DNA from: Kiritimatiellia bacterium
GTDB lineage: Bacteria > Verrucomicrobiota > Kiritimatiellia > CAIVKH01
Assembly (NCBI GenBank): GCA_035327665.1
Contig: DAOLCW010000004.1
Span: 2,598-66,597, forward strand
Length of the DNA: 64,000 bases
Reading direction: 5' to 3'
The first letter of the stretch is position 1; each line of letters starts with the position of its first letter. The notes beneath the pieces are model-generated. The model ran no database searches, had not been told where the DNA came from, and worked only from the letters and a program-made list of their open reading frames with translations. Shown here piece after piece: positions 1 to 9,897 of this stretch. The translations under genes and the position numbers were made by a program.

Positions 1-1097
1 AGGAACCCCGCCGCCGCAATCGTTTCCCCTCGTCGGTCAGCCGGAGCCCGGTACTGAATGAACGCCTCAATCGGAATAATGTAAATCCCCGCCCCCACTC
101 CCGCTACGAACATCAAGATCGCCGTCATCCAAAGCCCGGGCGTTAGAAGACTGAGCAGGATCATCGCCGCCGCCATCAACAAGGCCCCCACCGGAATCGC
201 CCCGAATTCAATATTCCGCCCGGACAGTTTCCCTGCGATCCACGATCCCGCCCCAATCCCGATCGCCGCAAAAAAGAACAGGTACCCCCCCGCCGTTTCC
301 GCAACCTCCAGATGCACCAGCGCATAAGGAATCAAGTTGATCTGCATGAACGCCCCGATCAGCGAAAAGTACGCCGAGGCCAGCGTCGCTAATACCAAAT
401 AGCGGTCGCTCCCAATCGATCGGTAGGTCTTCACCACATCCCGGATCACCCACCAGGAAATCCTCGCCTCCGATCCTGCCGCTGGCGTCCGACCGATGCG
501 CCGGCTCGCCAACAAGCCGCCGCACGCCAACCCCACGCAAACCAGCGCCGCTACCGCAAACATCCGGTTCGAACCATCCACCGACGCCGGGCCGACAAGG
601 ACATCCGTAAGCGTCGGACCCGCCACCGTGCCGAGAATGATCGCCAGGTACGTGAACAAGATCAGAAAACTGTTGGCCTTCGACAACTCATGCGATTGCA
701 CCAGCTCGGGAATCAACCCGTACTTTGAAGGTCCGAAAAAGGCGCTCTGAGCCGACATCAGAAAAAGGATCAGAAATGCCGCATAATAGATCTCCGACCA
801 GAACATGACCGCCGCCGCGATCATCACTCCGACTTCCGCCCACCTCGTCCAAACCGTGATCACTTGCTTGCTATGACGGTCCGCCAGCACCCCCGCAGCC
901 GGAGTGAACAATACAAATGGAAGCGCGAACAGAATCACCCCCGCCGCCGCGATCCGGTCTGCGAATTCCGCTCCCAATCCCCGGATCAGGAAAAAGGTCA
1001 CCAGCAATTTGAAAATGTTGTCGTTCATCGCCCCCAGAAACTGGGTGGCGTTCAGCCATAAAAACGACCGGTTCAACGGTTGGATGGTATCTGGCAT
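1..1097 (-). CDS. MFS transporter, lysophospholipid transporter LplT-like (3' end lies beyond window start; partial)
   Basis: Manual reverse-complement translation from ATG at 1097..1095 gives MPDTIQPLNRSFLWLNATQFLGAMNDNIFKLLVTFFLIRGLGAEFADRIAAAGVILFALPFVLF... with multiple hydrophobic helices running off the window edge; resembles LplT (AQFLSAFGDNALLFATLAL). Absent from ORF track because no stop codon within window. Confidence 0.7.
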   Translation of the reverse strand, partial: MPDTIQPLNRSFLWLNATQFLGAMNDNIFKLLVTFFLIRGLGAEFADRIAAAGVILFALPFVLFTPAAGVLADRHSKQVITVWTRWAEVGVMIAAAVMFWSEIYYAAFLILFLMSAQSAFFGPSKYGLIPELVQSHELSKANSFLILFTYLAIILGTVAGPTLTDVLVGPASVDGSNRMFAVAALVCVGLACGGLLASRRIGRTPAAGSEARISWWVIRDVVKTYRSIGSDRYLVLATLASAYFSLIGAFMQINLIPYALVHLEVAETAGGYLFFFAAIGIGAGSWIAGKLSGRNIEFGAIPVGALLMAAAMILLSLLTPGLWMTAILMFVAGVGAGIYIIPIEAFIQYRAPADRRGETIAAAGF

Positions 1098-1264
1098 GGG
1101 TAACGTGCTCTCCGACTGCACGATAAGGGTTGCCCCGATTGTTGGCAAGGGAATGCCACCCTCTGTCCCACCCGGTCCATTTCCGTTTTTTCCCTTTTCA
1201 AATAGACCTTTCCCCCCTCCTCATTTACGGTATTCATTCTCTAACAACCCCATCCCTGACCTCC

Positions 1265-1864
1265 ATGCCCTCGCTCCATCGTCAATTCAGCCTTTCCGCC
1301 CTCGCCCTCGCAGGCCGACTCCTTCTTGTCACATTGTTCATCCCCCTCGCCACCTCCTGCAAACCCGGCAGGAAGATCACCGACCTCGATCCTGCTCACC
1401 CCGACTTGCTTCAAATCATCATCGAATCCGCCGCGATTTGCCCCGAAGGCTACGAGCTCGTTCAAAATCCCGAAGTGCTCAGAGGCATGGGCATGAAACA
1501 AAATCCCGACTTCATTTCCAACACCTCCGAACTCGAAGCCATGGCCCGCTTCGGAGGCACCAACCCCTTCCTCGCCGTCTACGGCATCAATGGGTCGGTA
1601 CGCATGATGGTCAATGGCGTCTTCTTCCGCGATGCTAACCGGGTCGATGCCTTCGTCCGCGACCAGGAAAAACGGAAACGCCTCCGTATCGCCGTATATG
1701 AAAAACCCCTCGAACACGGAACCTGGGTCTTGATTTGCGCTGTGGATCCCAAGCGGACCTATCCCGAATCCGAGCGACAGGCCATCCAAGCGGCCCTTGA
1801 ACGCAAGGAAAACAACCTGGAAACCCAGTTGCGATTCATCCGCCTCTGGGAAGATCCCTCTTGA
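1265..1864 (+). CDS. hypothetical lipoprotein (signal peptide, lipobox LATSC)
   Basis: Internal ATG at 1265 of track ORF 1130..1864; N-terminus MPSLHRQFSLSALALAGRLLLVTLFIPLATSC is a lipoprotein signal; 4-bp ATGA overlap with next gene. Confidence 0.5.
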   Translation: MPSLHRQFSLSALALAGRLLLVTLFIPLATSCKPGRKITDLDPAHPDLLQIIIESAAICPEGYELVQNPEVLRGMGMKQNPDFISNTSELEAMARFGGTNPFLAVYGINGSVRMMVNGVFFRDANRVDAFVRDQEKRKRLRIAVYEKPLEHGTWVLICAVDPKRTYPESERQAIQAALERKENNLETQLRFIRLWEDPS

Positions 1865-2937
1865 ATGGCATGCGCGGCCCCCCGCTGATTTTTTTCTGCC
1901 TCCTGGCCATCACCGCCGCCGCTTCCGACTCCACCGACCCGCAGGCACTCCATCCTTCCACGAATGCCCTCCCAAAACCTCGCCCTCCCCTCACCCCGCC
2001 CGCTTGGGCCAACGAAGTCCTGAACGAAGCCGGCCGCCAGCAGGAAAGAGCCTCCGGCTGGGTCCGAAGCTCCGCCGAATGGCTCGACCGCTTCTTCTTC
2101 AACCTCTCCGCACCTGTCCATGCGCGCCGCAATCCCACCTTCGACCGCTTCTTCGATGACCGGCGGCTCGACAGTTCCGAGCAAGATACCGTCCTCCGAC
2201 TGTCCCCCGGCATGACCCTGAAAGAAGGCGAAGGCATCGATGCCTCATTCCGCTTCTCCCTTCGCCTCCATTTGCCCCGCTTCGAGGACCAGGTCGACCT
2301 CGTCATCGCAAACTTCGGGCGAGACGATGCCGTGGATGACACCTTCCGCACCGGACGCTTCAACGACTCCCCTCTCGAAGAAGAGACCGACCGCAGCATT
2401 AGCCTACGCACCACCGTTCGCGAAACCCGGCGCCTCCGCCTCTCCTTCAATGCCGGCCTCAATTTCCGTCCCGAACCCGTCCCCAAACTCGCCGCCCGCC
2501 TCCGTCTTGAAGAGCGAGAAGGAATCTACACCCGGCGCCTCAGCCCCAGCCTGATCTGGGACCAGCGCGACGGCTTCGGGCAAAACGCCCGACTCGACTT
2601 CGAGCGGCAGCCTGCCCCGGATTGGAAACAGCGCGCCAGCACCTTCTTCCTCTGGTCGGAAACCAGCGAAGGTGTCCAAGCCTCCGAAACCCTTTCGTTT
2701 ATGCATACCCCCAGCCGGAAAAGAACCCATGCCATCCATCTCGGCGCCACCGGAAAGCTCGAACCCTCCACCCACATGACCGCGTACATCATTCGCTACA
2801 ACCACTATCGCTCCATTTACCGGAATTGGGCCTATCTGGAAATTGAGCCCGGCCTTCAATTTCCCCGCGAACGCGACTGGGAAGCCACCCCATTTATCAA
2901 TATCCAACTCCATATCCTTCTCGGAGCCGTCCGATAA
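1861..2937 (+). CDS. hypothetical secreted protein
   Basis: 358-aa ORF with N-terminal signal-like segment (LIFFCLLAITAAAS); translationally coupled to upstream lipoprotein gene; no recognisable family. Confidence 0.45.
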   Translation: MNGMRGPPLIFFCLLAITAAASDSTDPQALHPSTNALPKPRPPLTPPAWANEVLNEAGRQQERASGWVRSSAEWLDRFFFNLSAPVHARRNPTFDRFFDDRRLDSSEQDTVLRLSPGMTLKEGEGIDASFRFSLRLHLPRFEDQVDLVIANFGRDDAVDDTFRTGRFNDSPLEEETDRSISLRTTVRETRRLRLSFNAGLNFRPEPVPKLAARLRLEEREGIYTRRLSPSLIWDQRDGFGQNARLDFERQPAPDWKQRASTFFLWSETSEGVQASETLSFMHTPSRKRTHAIHLGATGKLEPSTHMTAYIIRYNHYRSIYRNWAYLEIEPGLQFPRERDWEATPFINIQLHILLGAVR

Positions 2938-3024
2938 ACCGGAATCCGACCCCTCCGGCAATCCCGTACTTGCGTTTTCGGCCAACTGACTATACCGTGC
3001 CCACGATTTTACAAGGAAACCACT

Positions 3025-5700
3025 ATGACCGACATGACACCTACGCTAAACGAAGCCGACCGGCTTGAGCACCGTGAATGGCTGGAATCCCTCGACGAAG
3101 TCCATGCCCGAAAAGGATCCGAGCATGTGCGCCACCTGCTCCGTGACCTCCAAATCCAAGCCCAAAAAGCAGGCGTCAAACTTCCCGTAACCTCCGTAAC
3201 CCCTTACACCAATACCATTTCCGTAAACCATCAACCCGCCTATCCCGGCGACCGCGAACTCGAGCGCCGGATCAAGAGCATTCTCCGCTGGAACGCCATG
3301 GCCATGGTTGTGCGGGCCAACAAACTCGACAGCAGCGTAGGCGGACATATCTCCACCTATGCCTCCGCCGCTACCCTCTATGAAGTAGGTTTCAACCACT
3401 TTTTTCGTGGCCGCAGCGAAAACAGCCTCGGCGATTTCGTTTACTTTCAAGGCCATGCTTCTCCCGGCATCTACGCTCGCGCCTTCCTTGAAGGCCGGTT
3501 GAGCCCAAAACACCTCGAAAACTTCCGTCGCGAACTCGCTCCCGGTGGCGGCCTCTCCTCCTATCCGCATCCCTGGCTCATGCCCGACTTCTGGCAGTTT
3601 CCCACTGTCTCCATGGGCCTCGGACCCATCATGGCCATCTACCAGGCCCGGTTCATCCGCTACCTTGAAGATCGCGGCCTCATCCCCCCCAACGACTCCA
3701 AAGTCTTCTGCTTTATGGGCGATGGCGAAACCGATGAGCCGGAATCCCTCGGCGCCATCAGCCTCGCTGCCCGCGAAAAACTCGACAACCTCATCTTTGT
3801 CATCAATTGCAACCTCCAGCGCCTCGACGGCCCCGTCCGCGGCAACGGACAAATCATTCAGGAGCTCGAAGCCGTCTTCCGCGGCACCGGATGGAATGTC
3901 CTCAAGGTCATCTGGGGGGGCGATTGGGATCAACTCCTCGCCCGCGACACCGACGGCATCCTCGTCAAGCGCATGGGCGAAATCGTCGACGGGGAATTCC
4001 AGAAGTACTCCACCGAGTCCGGCGATTACATCCGCAAAAACTTCTTCGGCAAATATCCCGAAACCCTCGAGATGGTCAAACACCTCTCCGACGACCAACT
4101 CCTCAAAATGCGCATGGGCGGACACGACCCCGAAAAAGTTTACGCCGCCTATCGCGCTGCCACCACCAACCAGGGCTCCCCCACCGTCATCCTTGCCCGA
4201 ACCATCAAAGGCTACGGACTCGGCGAAAGCGGCGAAGGCAAAAACATCACCCACCAGCAGAAAAAGCTCAACGAAGAGGAGCTTCGTACCTTCCGCCGCC
4301 GTTTCGACATCCCCATTTCCGAGGATGATATCGGCTCCGCTCCCTTCTACCGGCCCGCCAAGGACAGCCTCGAGATCCAATACCTCCTCGAACGCCGCAA
4401 AGCCCTCGGCGGATTCCTCCCCCGCCGCATCGACACCTCCCCCAAACTCAATGCCCCCAGCGATGCCTTCTTTGAAGAATTCCACAAAGGAACCGAAGGC
4501 CGGGAGGTCTCCACCACCATGGCTTTCGTCCGCATGCTTACCAAACTCCTCAAGGATAAAGAGTTGGGTAAACTTGTGGTCCCGATCGTACCCGACGAAG
4601 CCCGCACCTTCGGCATGGAAGCCCTGTTCCGCCAGTGTGGAATCTATTCCCACGTCGGACAGCTCTACGAACCGGTCGACCGGGAAAGCCTACTCTATTA
4701 CAAGGAAGCCAAGGACGGCCAAATCCTCGAGGAAGGCATCACCGAAGCGGGTGCCTCCTGCTCGTTCATCGCCGCCGGAACCGCCTACGCCAACTACGGC
4801 GTAAGCACCATCCCCTTCTATATCTATTATTCGATGTTCGGCTTCCAGCGGGTTGGCGATCTCTACTGGGCCGCTGGCGACCTCCGCTGCAAAGGCTTCC
4901 TCATCGGGGGCACCGCCGGTCGCACCACCCTTGCCGGTGAAGGTCTCCAGCATCAGGACGGGCATAGCCACCTCCTCGCCTACCCCATCCCCAATTGCTT
5001 GACCTATGACCCCGCCTACGCCTACGAAATGGCAGTCATTATTCAGGACGGCATCAAGCGCATGTACCACGACGGCGAAAGCATCTTCTACTACCTCACC
5101 GTCGGAAATGAAAACTACACCATGCCCGCCATGCCCCAAGGTGCCCGCGAAGGTATTCTCAAAGGCATGTACCTCCTCAGCAAGTCCACCCTCGAAAAAC
5201 CCAAGCACAAAGCCCAACTTTGGGGCAGTGGCGCCATCCTCAATGAAGTCGTCAAGGCCCAAAAGATTCTTGAAGAAACCTACGGCGTGGCCGCTGACGT
5301 GTGGTCCATCACCAGCTACAAGGAACTCCGCCGCGATGCCATGGAAGCCGATCGCTGGAATATGTTCCACCCCGAGGAAAAACCCAAGGTCCCTTACGTC
5401 ACCCAGCAGATGAAGGAAACCGAAGGCGTCATCGTGGCCGCATCCGATTACGTCAAGGCCCTCCCCGACATGCTCTCCCGCTGGCTGCCCCGCCCCATGC
5501 TCTCTCTCGGCACCGAAGGCTACGGCCGTAGCGAAAACCGCGCATCCCTTCGCGATTTCTTCGAAGTCGATGCCCGCTACGTCGTCCTCGGCACCTTGAC
5601 CGCACTCGCCCGCGATGGCCAAATCCGGCCCTCCGTCGTATCCAAAGCGATCAAGGACCTCAACATCGACCCCGATAAACTCAACCCCCTCATTGCTTGA
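3025..5700 (+). CDS. aceE: pyruvate dehydrogenase E1 component, homodimeric type
   Basis: 891-aa product, length and sequence typical of AceE (TPP-binding region, [13 protein letters not shown] motif). Confidence 0.92.
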   Translation: MTDMTPTLNEADRLEHREWLESLDEVHARKGSEHVRHLLRDLQIQAQKAGVKLPVTSVTPYTNTISVNHQPAYPGDRELERRIKSILRWNAMAMVVRANKLDSSVGGHISTYASAATLYEVGFNHFFRGRSENSLGDFVYFQGHASPGIYARAFLEGRLSPKHLENFRRELAPGGGLSSYPHPWLMPDFWQFPTVSMGLGPIMAIYQARFIRYLEDRGLIPPNDSKVFCFMGDGETDEPESLGAISLAAREKLDNLIFVINCNLQRLDGPVRGNGQIIQELEAVFRGTGWNVLKVIWGGDWDQLLARDTDGILVKRMGEIVDGEFQKYSTESGDYIRKNFFGKYPETLEMVKHLSDDQLLKMRMGGHDPEKVYAAYRAATTNQGSPTVILARTIKGYGLGESGEGKNITHQQKKLNEEELRTFRRRFDIPISEDDIGSAPFYRPAKDSLEIQYLLERRKALGGFLPRRIDTSPKLNAPSDAFFEEFHKGTEGREVSTTMAFVRMLTKLLKDKELGKLVVPIVPDEARTFGMEALFRQCGIYSHVGQLYEPVDRESLLYYKEAKDGQILEEGITEAGASCSFIAAGTAYANYGVSTIPFYIYYSMFGFQRVGDLYWAAGDLRCKGFLIGGTAGRTTLAGEGLQHQDGHSHLLAYPIPNCLTYDPAYAYEMAVIIQDGIKRMYHDGESIFYYLTVGNENYTMPAMPQGAREGILKGMYLLSKSTLEKPKHKAQLWGSGAILNEVVKAQKILEETYGVAADVWSITSYKELRRDAMEADRWNMFHPEEKPKVPYVTQQMKETEGVIVAASDYVKALPDMLSRWLPRPMLSLGTEGYGRSENRASLRDFFEVDARYVVLGTLTALARDGQIRPSVVSKAIKDLNIDPDKLNPLIA

Positions 5701-5732
5701 TTCATTGTTTCGTGTTCGGAAAGGAAAGACCC

Positions 5733-7052
5733 ATGGCTATCGAATTCAAACTCCCGGAACTGGGCGAAAACATCGCGGAAGGCGATGTCGTAGGCGTACT
5801 CGTGAAAGTCGGTGACACCATCGCCACCGATCAACCCGTCCTTGAAATGGAAACCGGCAAAGCCACCATCGAAATTCCCAGCGATGTGGCGGGAACCGTC
5901 ACCGAAATCCACGTCAAAGAAGGCGGAAAAGCCAAAGTCGGCCAAGTCATCCTCACCCTCGATGCCGCCGAGGCCGCCAAACCCGCGAAAAAAGAGAAGA
6001 AAGCCGAGCCAGCAGCCGAGAAAGCCCCTGAGCCAGCACCTGCCAAGAAAGAGGAAGCTGCCCCCGCGCAAAAAGAAGAGGCTGCGCCCGCTCCAGCTCC
6101 CGCCGCCGCTCGCAAACCCAGCCCCGGCCCCGCCGCCGCCTCGAAATCCTCCACCTCCGTTCCCGCATCTCCCTCCACCCGCCAGTTCGCCCGGGAAATC
6201 GGCGTCGACATCAACGAAGTCGAAGGAACCGGACCCGGTGGACGCGTCTCGGTCGAAGACGTGAAGGCCTTTTCCCGCTCTTCCCACGCCGGAACCGGAT
6301 CCGGCGGCGGCGCCATCCCCACTCCCGCCCTCCCCGACTTCGGGCGTTGGGGCGAGGTTGAGCACGAACCCCTCAACAACATCCGGGAAGCCACCGCCCA
6401 GCACATGCGGATGTCCTGGAACACCATCCCCCACGTCACCATTCATGACAAAATCGATCTCACCTCGATCGAAACCCTTCGCAAGTCCAGCAAGGATCGC
6501 GCGGCCGCAAACGGAGCCAAACTCACCCTCACCGCCTTCCTGATCAAGATCACCGCATCCGCGCTGAAGCTCTTCCCCCGCTTTAACGCCGCCATCGATA
6601 CCGTCAACCACCAGATGATCTATCGAAAATACATCAACATCGGCGTGGCCGTGGATACCGATCGAGGCCTCGTCGTTCCCGTCATCCGCAATGCTGACAA
6701 ACTCAATGTCGTCGAGATCGCCCTCGAGCTTGCCCGGCTTGCCGAAAAGGCCAAGACCCGCAAACTCGCCCCCGACGATATGCAGGGCGGATGCTTCACC
6801 ATCACCAACATCGGCGCCCTTGGCGGAACCTTCTTCACCCCTATCGTCAACTTCCCCGAAGCGGCGATTCTCGGGGTGGGTCGAGCCAGCTTCGAACCCG
6901 TCCTCGTCGACGGCTTCTTCCAGCCTCGCCAGATGCTCCCTCTCTCCCTGTCCTTTGATCACCGCAGCATCGACGGCGCCGACGGCGCCCGCTTCCTCAA
7001 ATGGATCAACGATGCCTTGCAACAGCCAACACTTCTCACCTTGGAGGGCTAA
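5733..7052 (+). CDS. aceF: dihydrolipoyllysine-residue acetyltransferase (PDH E2)
   Basis: ATG at 5733 preceded by aaggaaag RBS; lipoyl domain (METGKATIEIPS), Ala/Pro-rich linker, E3-binding domain, catalytic DHRSIDGA motif. Confidence 0.9.
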   Translation: MAIEFKLPELGENIAEGDVVGVLVKVGDTIATDQPVLEMETGKATIEIPSDVAGTVTEIHVKEGGKAKVGQVILTLDAAEAAKPAKKEKKAEPAAEKAPEPAPAKKEEAAPAQKEEAAPAPAPAAARKPSPGPAAASKSSTSVPASPSTRQFAREIGVDINEVEGTGPGGRVSVEDVKAFSRSSHAGTGSGGGAIPTPALPDFGRWGEVEHEPLNNIREATAQHMRMSWNTIPHVTIHDKIDLTSIETLRKSSKDRAAANGAKLTLTAFLIKITASALKLFPRFNAAIDTVNHQMIYRKYINIGVAVDTDRGLVVPVIRNADKLNVVEIALELARLAEKAKTRKLAPDDMQGGCFTITNIGALGGTFFTPIVNFPEAAILGVGRASFEPVLVDGFFQPRQMLPLSLSFDHRSIDGADGARFLKWINDALQQPTLLTLEG

Positions 7053-7055
7053 TCC

Positions 7056-8477
7056 GTGGCCGCTGAAACCCTGCATTCCCAACTCGTCGTCATCGGGGGA
7101 GGCCCCGGCGGCTATCCCGCCGCATTTCAAGCCGCCGACCTCGGCTATCAAGTCACCATCATCGATATGGAAGACAACCCCGGCGGGGTCTGCCTCTACC
7201 GGGGCTGCATCCCCTCCAAGGCCCTCCTCCATGTCGCTCGCGTGGTCAACGAAGCCAAAGACGCCCATGAATGGGGTGTTACCTTCACCGAACCCAAGAT
7301 CGACATCGAAAAAATGCGCTCCTGGAAAAATCAAGTCGTATCCAAGCTCACCGGCGGCCTCGGCAGCCTCAGCAAAGCCCGGAAAATCAAATTCATCAAA
7401 GGCAAAGCCACCTTCGAATCGAACAAGAGCCTCTCCGTAGAAAAAGCCGACGGAAAAACCATCACTCTGACCTTCGACCATGCCATCCTCGCCACCGGCT
7501 CCCGACCCTTCATCCCAGGACCCCTCGCCATCGGCTCCCCCCGCGTCATGGACTCCACCGGCGCCCTCAACATCGAAGATGTGCCCGGATCCCTCCTCGT
7601 CATCGGTGGCGGATACATCGGGTGCGAACTCGGAAGCGTCTATGCCGCCCTCGGAACCAAGGTCACCATGGTCGAGATGCTCCCCCATCTCGTCAATGGA
7701 CCCGACCGCGACCTCGCCGACATCCTCGTCAAGCGACTTGAGAAACTCTTCCACAAGATTTACACCAAGACCAAAGTCGTCGAACTCACCGATCTCGGCG
7801 ACAAGGTCCGGGTCAAACTCGAAGGCCTCCATGTCGACCAGGCCGAACAGGAATTCGATCGAGTTCTCGTCTCCGTCGGTCGCCGCCCCAACTCCGACGG
7901 CATCGGCCTCGAAAACACCCGCGTCCAAGTCGATGCCAAAGGATTTGTCGTCGTCGACAAGCAACGCCGGACCGCCGAGCCAACCATCTTTGCTATCGGC
8001 GACATCGCCGGGGAGCCCACCCTCGCCCACAAGGCCTCCCATGAAGGTCGCGTGGCGATTGAAGCCATCGCCGGGAAACCTTCCGTTTTTGACCCCCGGG
8101 CCATCCCTGCCGTGGTCTTTACCGACCCCGAACTCGCATGGTGCGGACTCACCGAACTTCAGGCCCGGCAGGAAGGCCGCTCGGTTAAAGTCGTCAGCTT
8201 CCCCTGGGCTGCCTCCGGACGGGCCACCACCCTCGGGCGCAACGACGGCTTGACCAAAATGATTCTCGACCCCCACACCGAACAGGTGTTAGGCGTTGGC
8301 GTCGTTGGGGTTGGAGCCGGAGAACTTATCGCCGAAGGCGTGCTCGCAGTCGAAATGGCCGCCCGCGCCTCCGACCTCAAGATGACCATCCATGCCCATC
8401 CCACCCTCTCCGAAACCATGATGGAATCCGCAGAAATCTTCTTCGGTCACGGTACCCATTACCATAGCAAGAAGTAG
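7056..8477 (+). CDS. lpdA: dihydrolipoyl dehydrogenase (E3)
   Basis: GGGPGGY FAD motif, redox-active CLYRGCIPSK disulfide, C-terminal HAHPTLSE interface motif; completes aceE-aceF-lpd operon. Confidence 0.9.
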   Translation: MAAETLHSQLVVIGGGPGGYPAAFQAADLGYQVTIIDMEDNPGGVCLYRGCIPSKALLHVARVVNEAKDAHEWGVTFTEPKIDIEKMRSWKNQVVSKLTGGLGSLSKARKIKFIKGKATFESNKSLSVEKADGKTITLTFDHAILATGSRPFIPGPLAIGSPRVMDSTGALNIEDVPGSLLVIGGGYIGCELGSVYAALGTKVTMVEMLPHLVNGPDRDLADILVKRLEKLFHKIYTKTKVVELTDLGDKVRVKLEGLHVDQAEQEFDRVLVSVGRRPNSDGIGLENTRVQVDAKGFVVVDKQRRTAEPTIFAIGDIAGEPTLAHKASHEGRVAIEAIAGKPSVFDPRAIPAVVFTDPELAWCGLTELQARQEGRSVKVVSFPWAASGRATTLGRNDGLTKMILDPHTEQVLGVGVVGVGAGELIAEGVLAVEMAARASDLKMTIHAHPTLSETMMESAEIFFGHGTHYHSKK

Positions 8478-8506
8478 CCCCCTTCAATTCCTCAGCCCTT
8501 TCACAT

Positions 8507-8537
8507 CCCTACCCGTAACGGTAAGGGAGGTTTTTTA
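8507..8537 (+). terminator. putative Rho-independent terminator after lpd
   Basis: ccctacccgtaacggtaaggg hairpin followed by tttttt run immediately downstream of the lpd stop. Confidence 0.5.
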
Positions 8538-8596
8538 TCTCGCCGAGCGGCTTTCCCGGCTTGATTTTTCTGACCCACCCGGGTATTCCATTATCT

Positions 8597-9796
8597 ATGA
8601 ATTGGAAAAGAGCGATTTGGTTTTTCGGCTCTCTGGCCGTTATCGGGATGCTTTCCGCCGGCTTTGTCACCCATCGTGGCTATCGTCTCTACGAGACGGC
8701 CGTCGACTTCCAAAAACACATCAATTATCTGATCGAAAACGGCGAGTCCATGGCCGGTATTCCCGCCTCCCGGGCCTTCTCCCCCGTTTTCCTCCAGGGT
8801 ATGTTCGGGGATGACCCCGTCCTCAACGAACAATTAAATACCGCGCTCCAACGGGCGATGCGCGAAGATCCCTCACTTCGTCAGGGCGAAATTGCCGCCA
8901 TGCTCGTCACCTATCGCAAAAATGGCGATGACCAGGCTCAAGATGTCGTCGTGCAAATCTTCGGCGACTTCCCCCTCACCGGACATCGCGTAAGCATGCA
9001 CCGTGACGGTTTCTTCAGCTCTCAAATTGACCGCAACCTTTGGGACACCGGAAACACCATGATCAGCCTCCTTGGACGCGACTTGCTCGTCATAGGCGCC
9101 AACGAAGATGTTCAGCGACGTCAGAACGACCTTAATGAAGCCATTCTGAGCGGGGATATCCTCCCCTTGGCGGAAGTCCTCGCCGAAGCCGCCATGCATT
9201 ACGTGCTTGTTTTCCCCGCACCTCGGGACATCCTGCCCCACCGCATGCGCGCCCATGTATCCGTATTGATCGCCAAAGGGTTTCTTTCCCCCAATCAGGC
9301 TCAACACGAACTCACCGTTCTCTCTCCCAACGCCCGCTCGGCCAGCCATATGACCACCATGATGTACGACCTGCGTACCGCCATGATCCTTGCCTTGCGT
9401 TCGCGGTTTCACGGAGTCGTTAACGAAACTGCATGGGGCCCCCACATCCCCGTTTGGTGGGCCTATGAAATGGCGGAAACCCTCGAAAGAACCTCTGTTC
9501 AGCGGGAAGACAATGTCGTCACCCTTCAGGCTGGCTACGAGCGGGTGATGGTGAACGCCACCCTCAAATCAATCGAACGGTTCGGACGCGACCTCACTCA
9601 CATCCGTGGCGTGAAACAGGAACGGCTCGACCCCCGGATCGTCGATGAACGCATGCGCAGCCGCAGTCCCCTCCATTATTGGAGCGACGCTCACAAGTGG
9701 GGTCCCAACTGGCCGATCGCCGCCCCGCGATCGGAAGAAGACATCATGCTAGACCAGGAACCCGTGGATCTCCCCCCGGTTACCCTGCCCCTCTAA
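8597..9796 (+). CDS. hypothetical membrane-anchored protein
   Basis: Internal ATG (MNWKRAIWFFGSLAVIGMLSAGFV) gives single N-terminal TM anchor; no family recognised. Confidence 0.45.
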   Translation: MNWKRAIWFFGSLAVIGMLSAGFVTHRGYRLYETAVDFQKHINYLIENGESMAGIPASRAFSPVFLQGMFGDDPVLNEQLNTALQRAMREDPSLRQGEIAAMLVTYRKNGDDQAQDVVVQIFGDFPLTGHRVSMHRDGFFSSQIDRNLWDTGNTMISLLGRDLLVIGANEDVQRRQNDLNEAILSGDILPLAEVLAEAAMHYVLVFPAPRDILPHRMRAHVSVLIAKGFLSPNQAQHELTVLSPNARSASHMTTMMYDLRTAMILALRSRFHGVVNETAWGPHIPVWWAYEMAETLERTSVQREDNVVTLQAGYERVMVNATLKSIERFGRDLTHIRGVKQERLDPRIVDERMRSRSPLHYWSDAHKWGPNWPIAAPRSEEDIMLDQEPVDLPPVTLPL

Positions 9797-9897
9797 CCAC
9801 CCTTTTTCTGGTAGAGGCGTTACCCCCATGCAAAAAATGGGTTAGCGGTGATTTCAGACTAGCCACTTGACCCGCTTTTCCACTATGGTTTCCGCGA

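Noticed and set aside
3545-4804. Long Pro/Ser/Ala-rich ORFs overlapping aceE in other frames and on the antisense strand (for example 3545..4804 +, 3046..4653 -)
   Set aside because: Typical shadow ORFs of high-GC DNA; they overlap a strongly supported gene and have low-complexity products.
5577-8276. 899-aa minus-strand ORF antisense to aceF and lpd
   Set aside because: Gly/Asp/Glu-rich low-complexity shadow ORF opposite two strongly supported genes.
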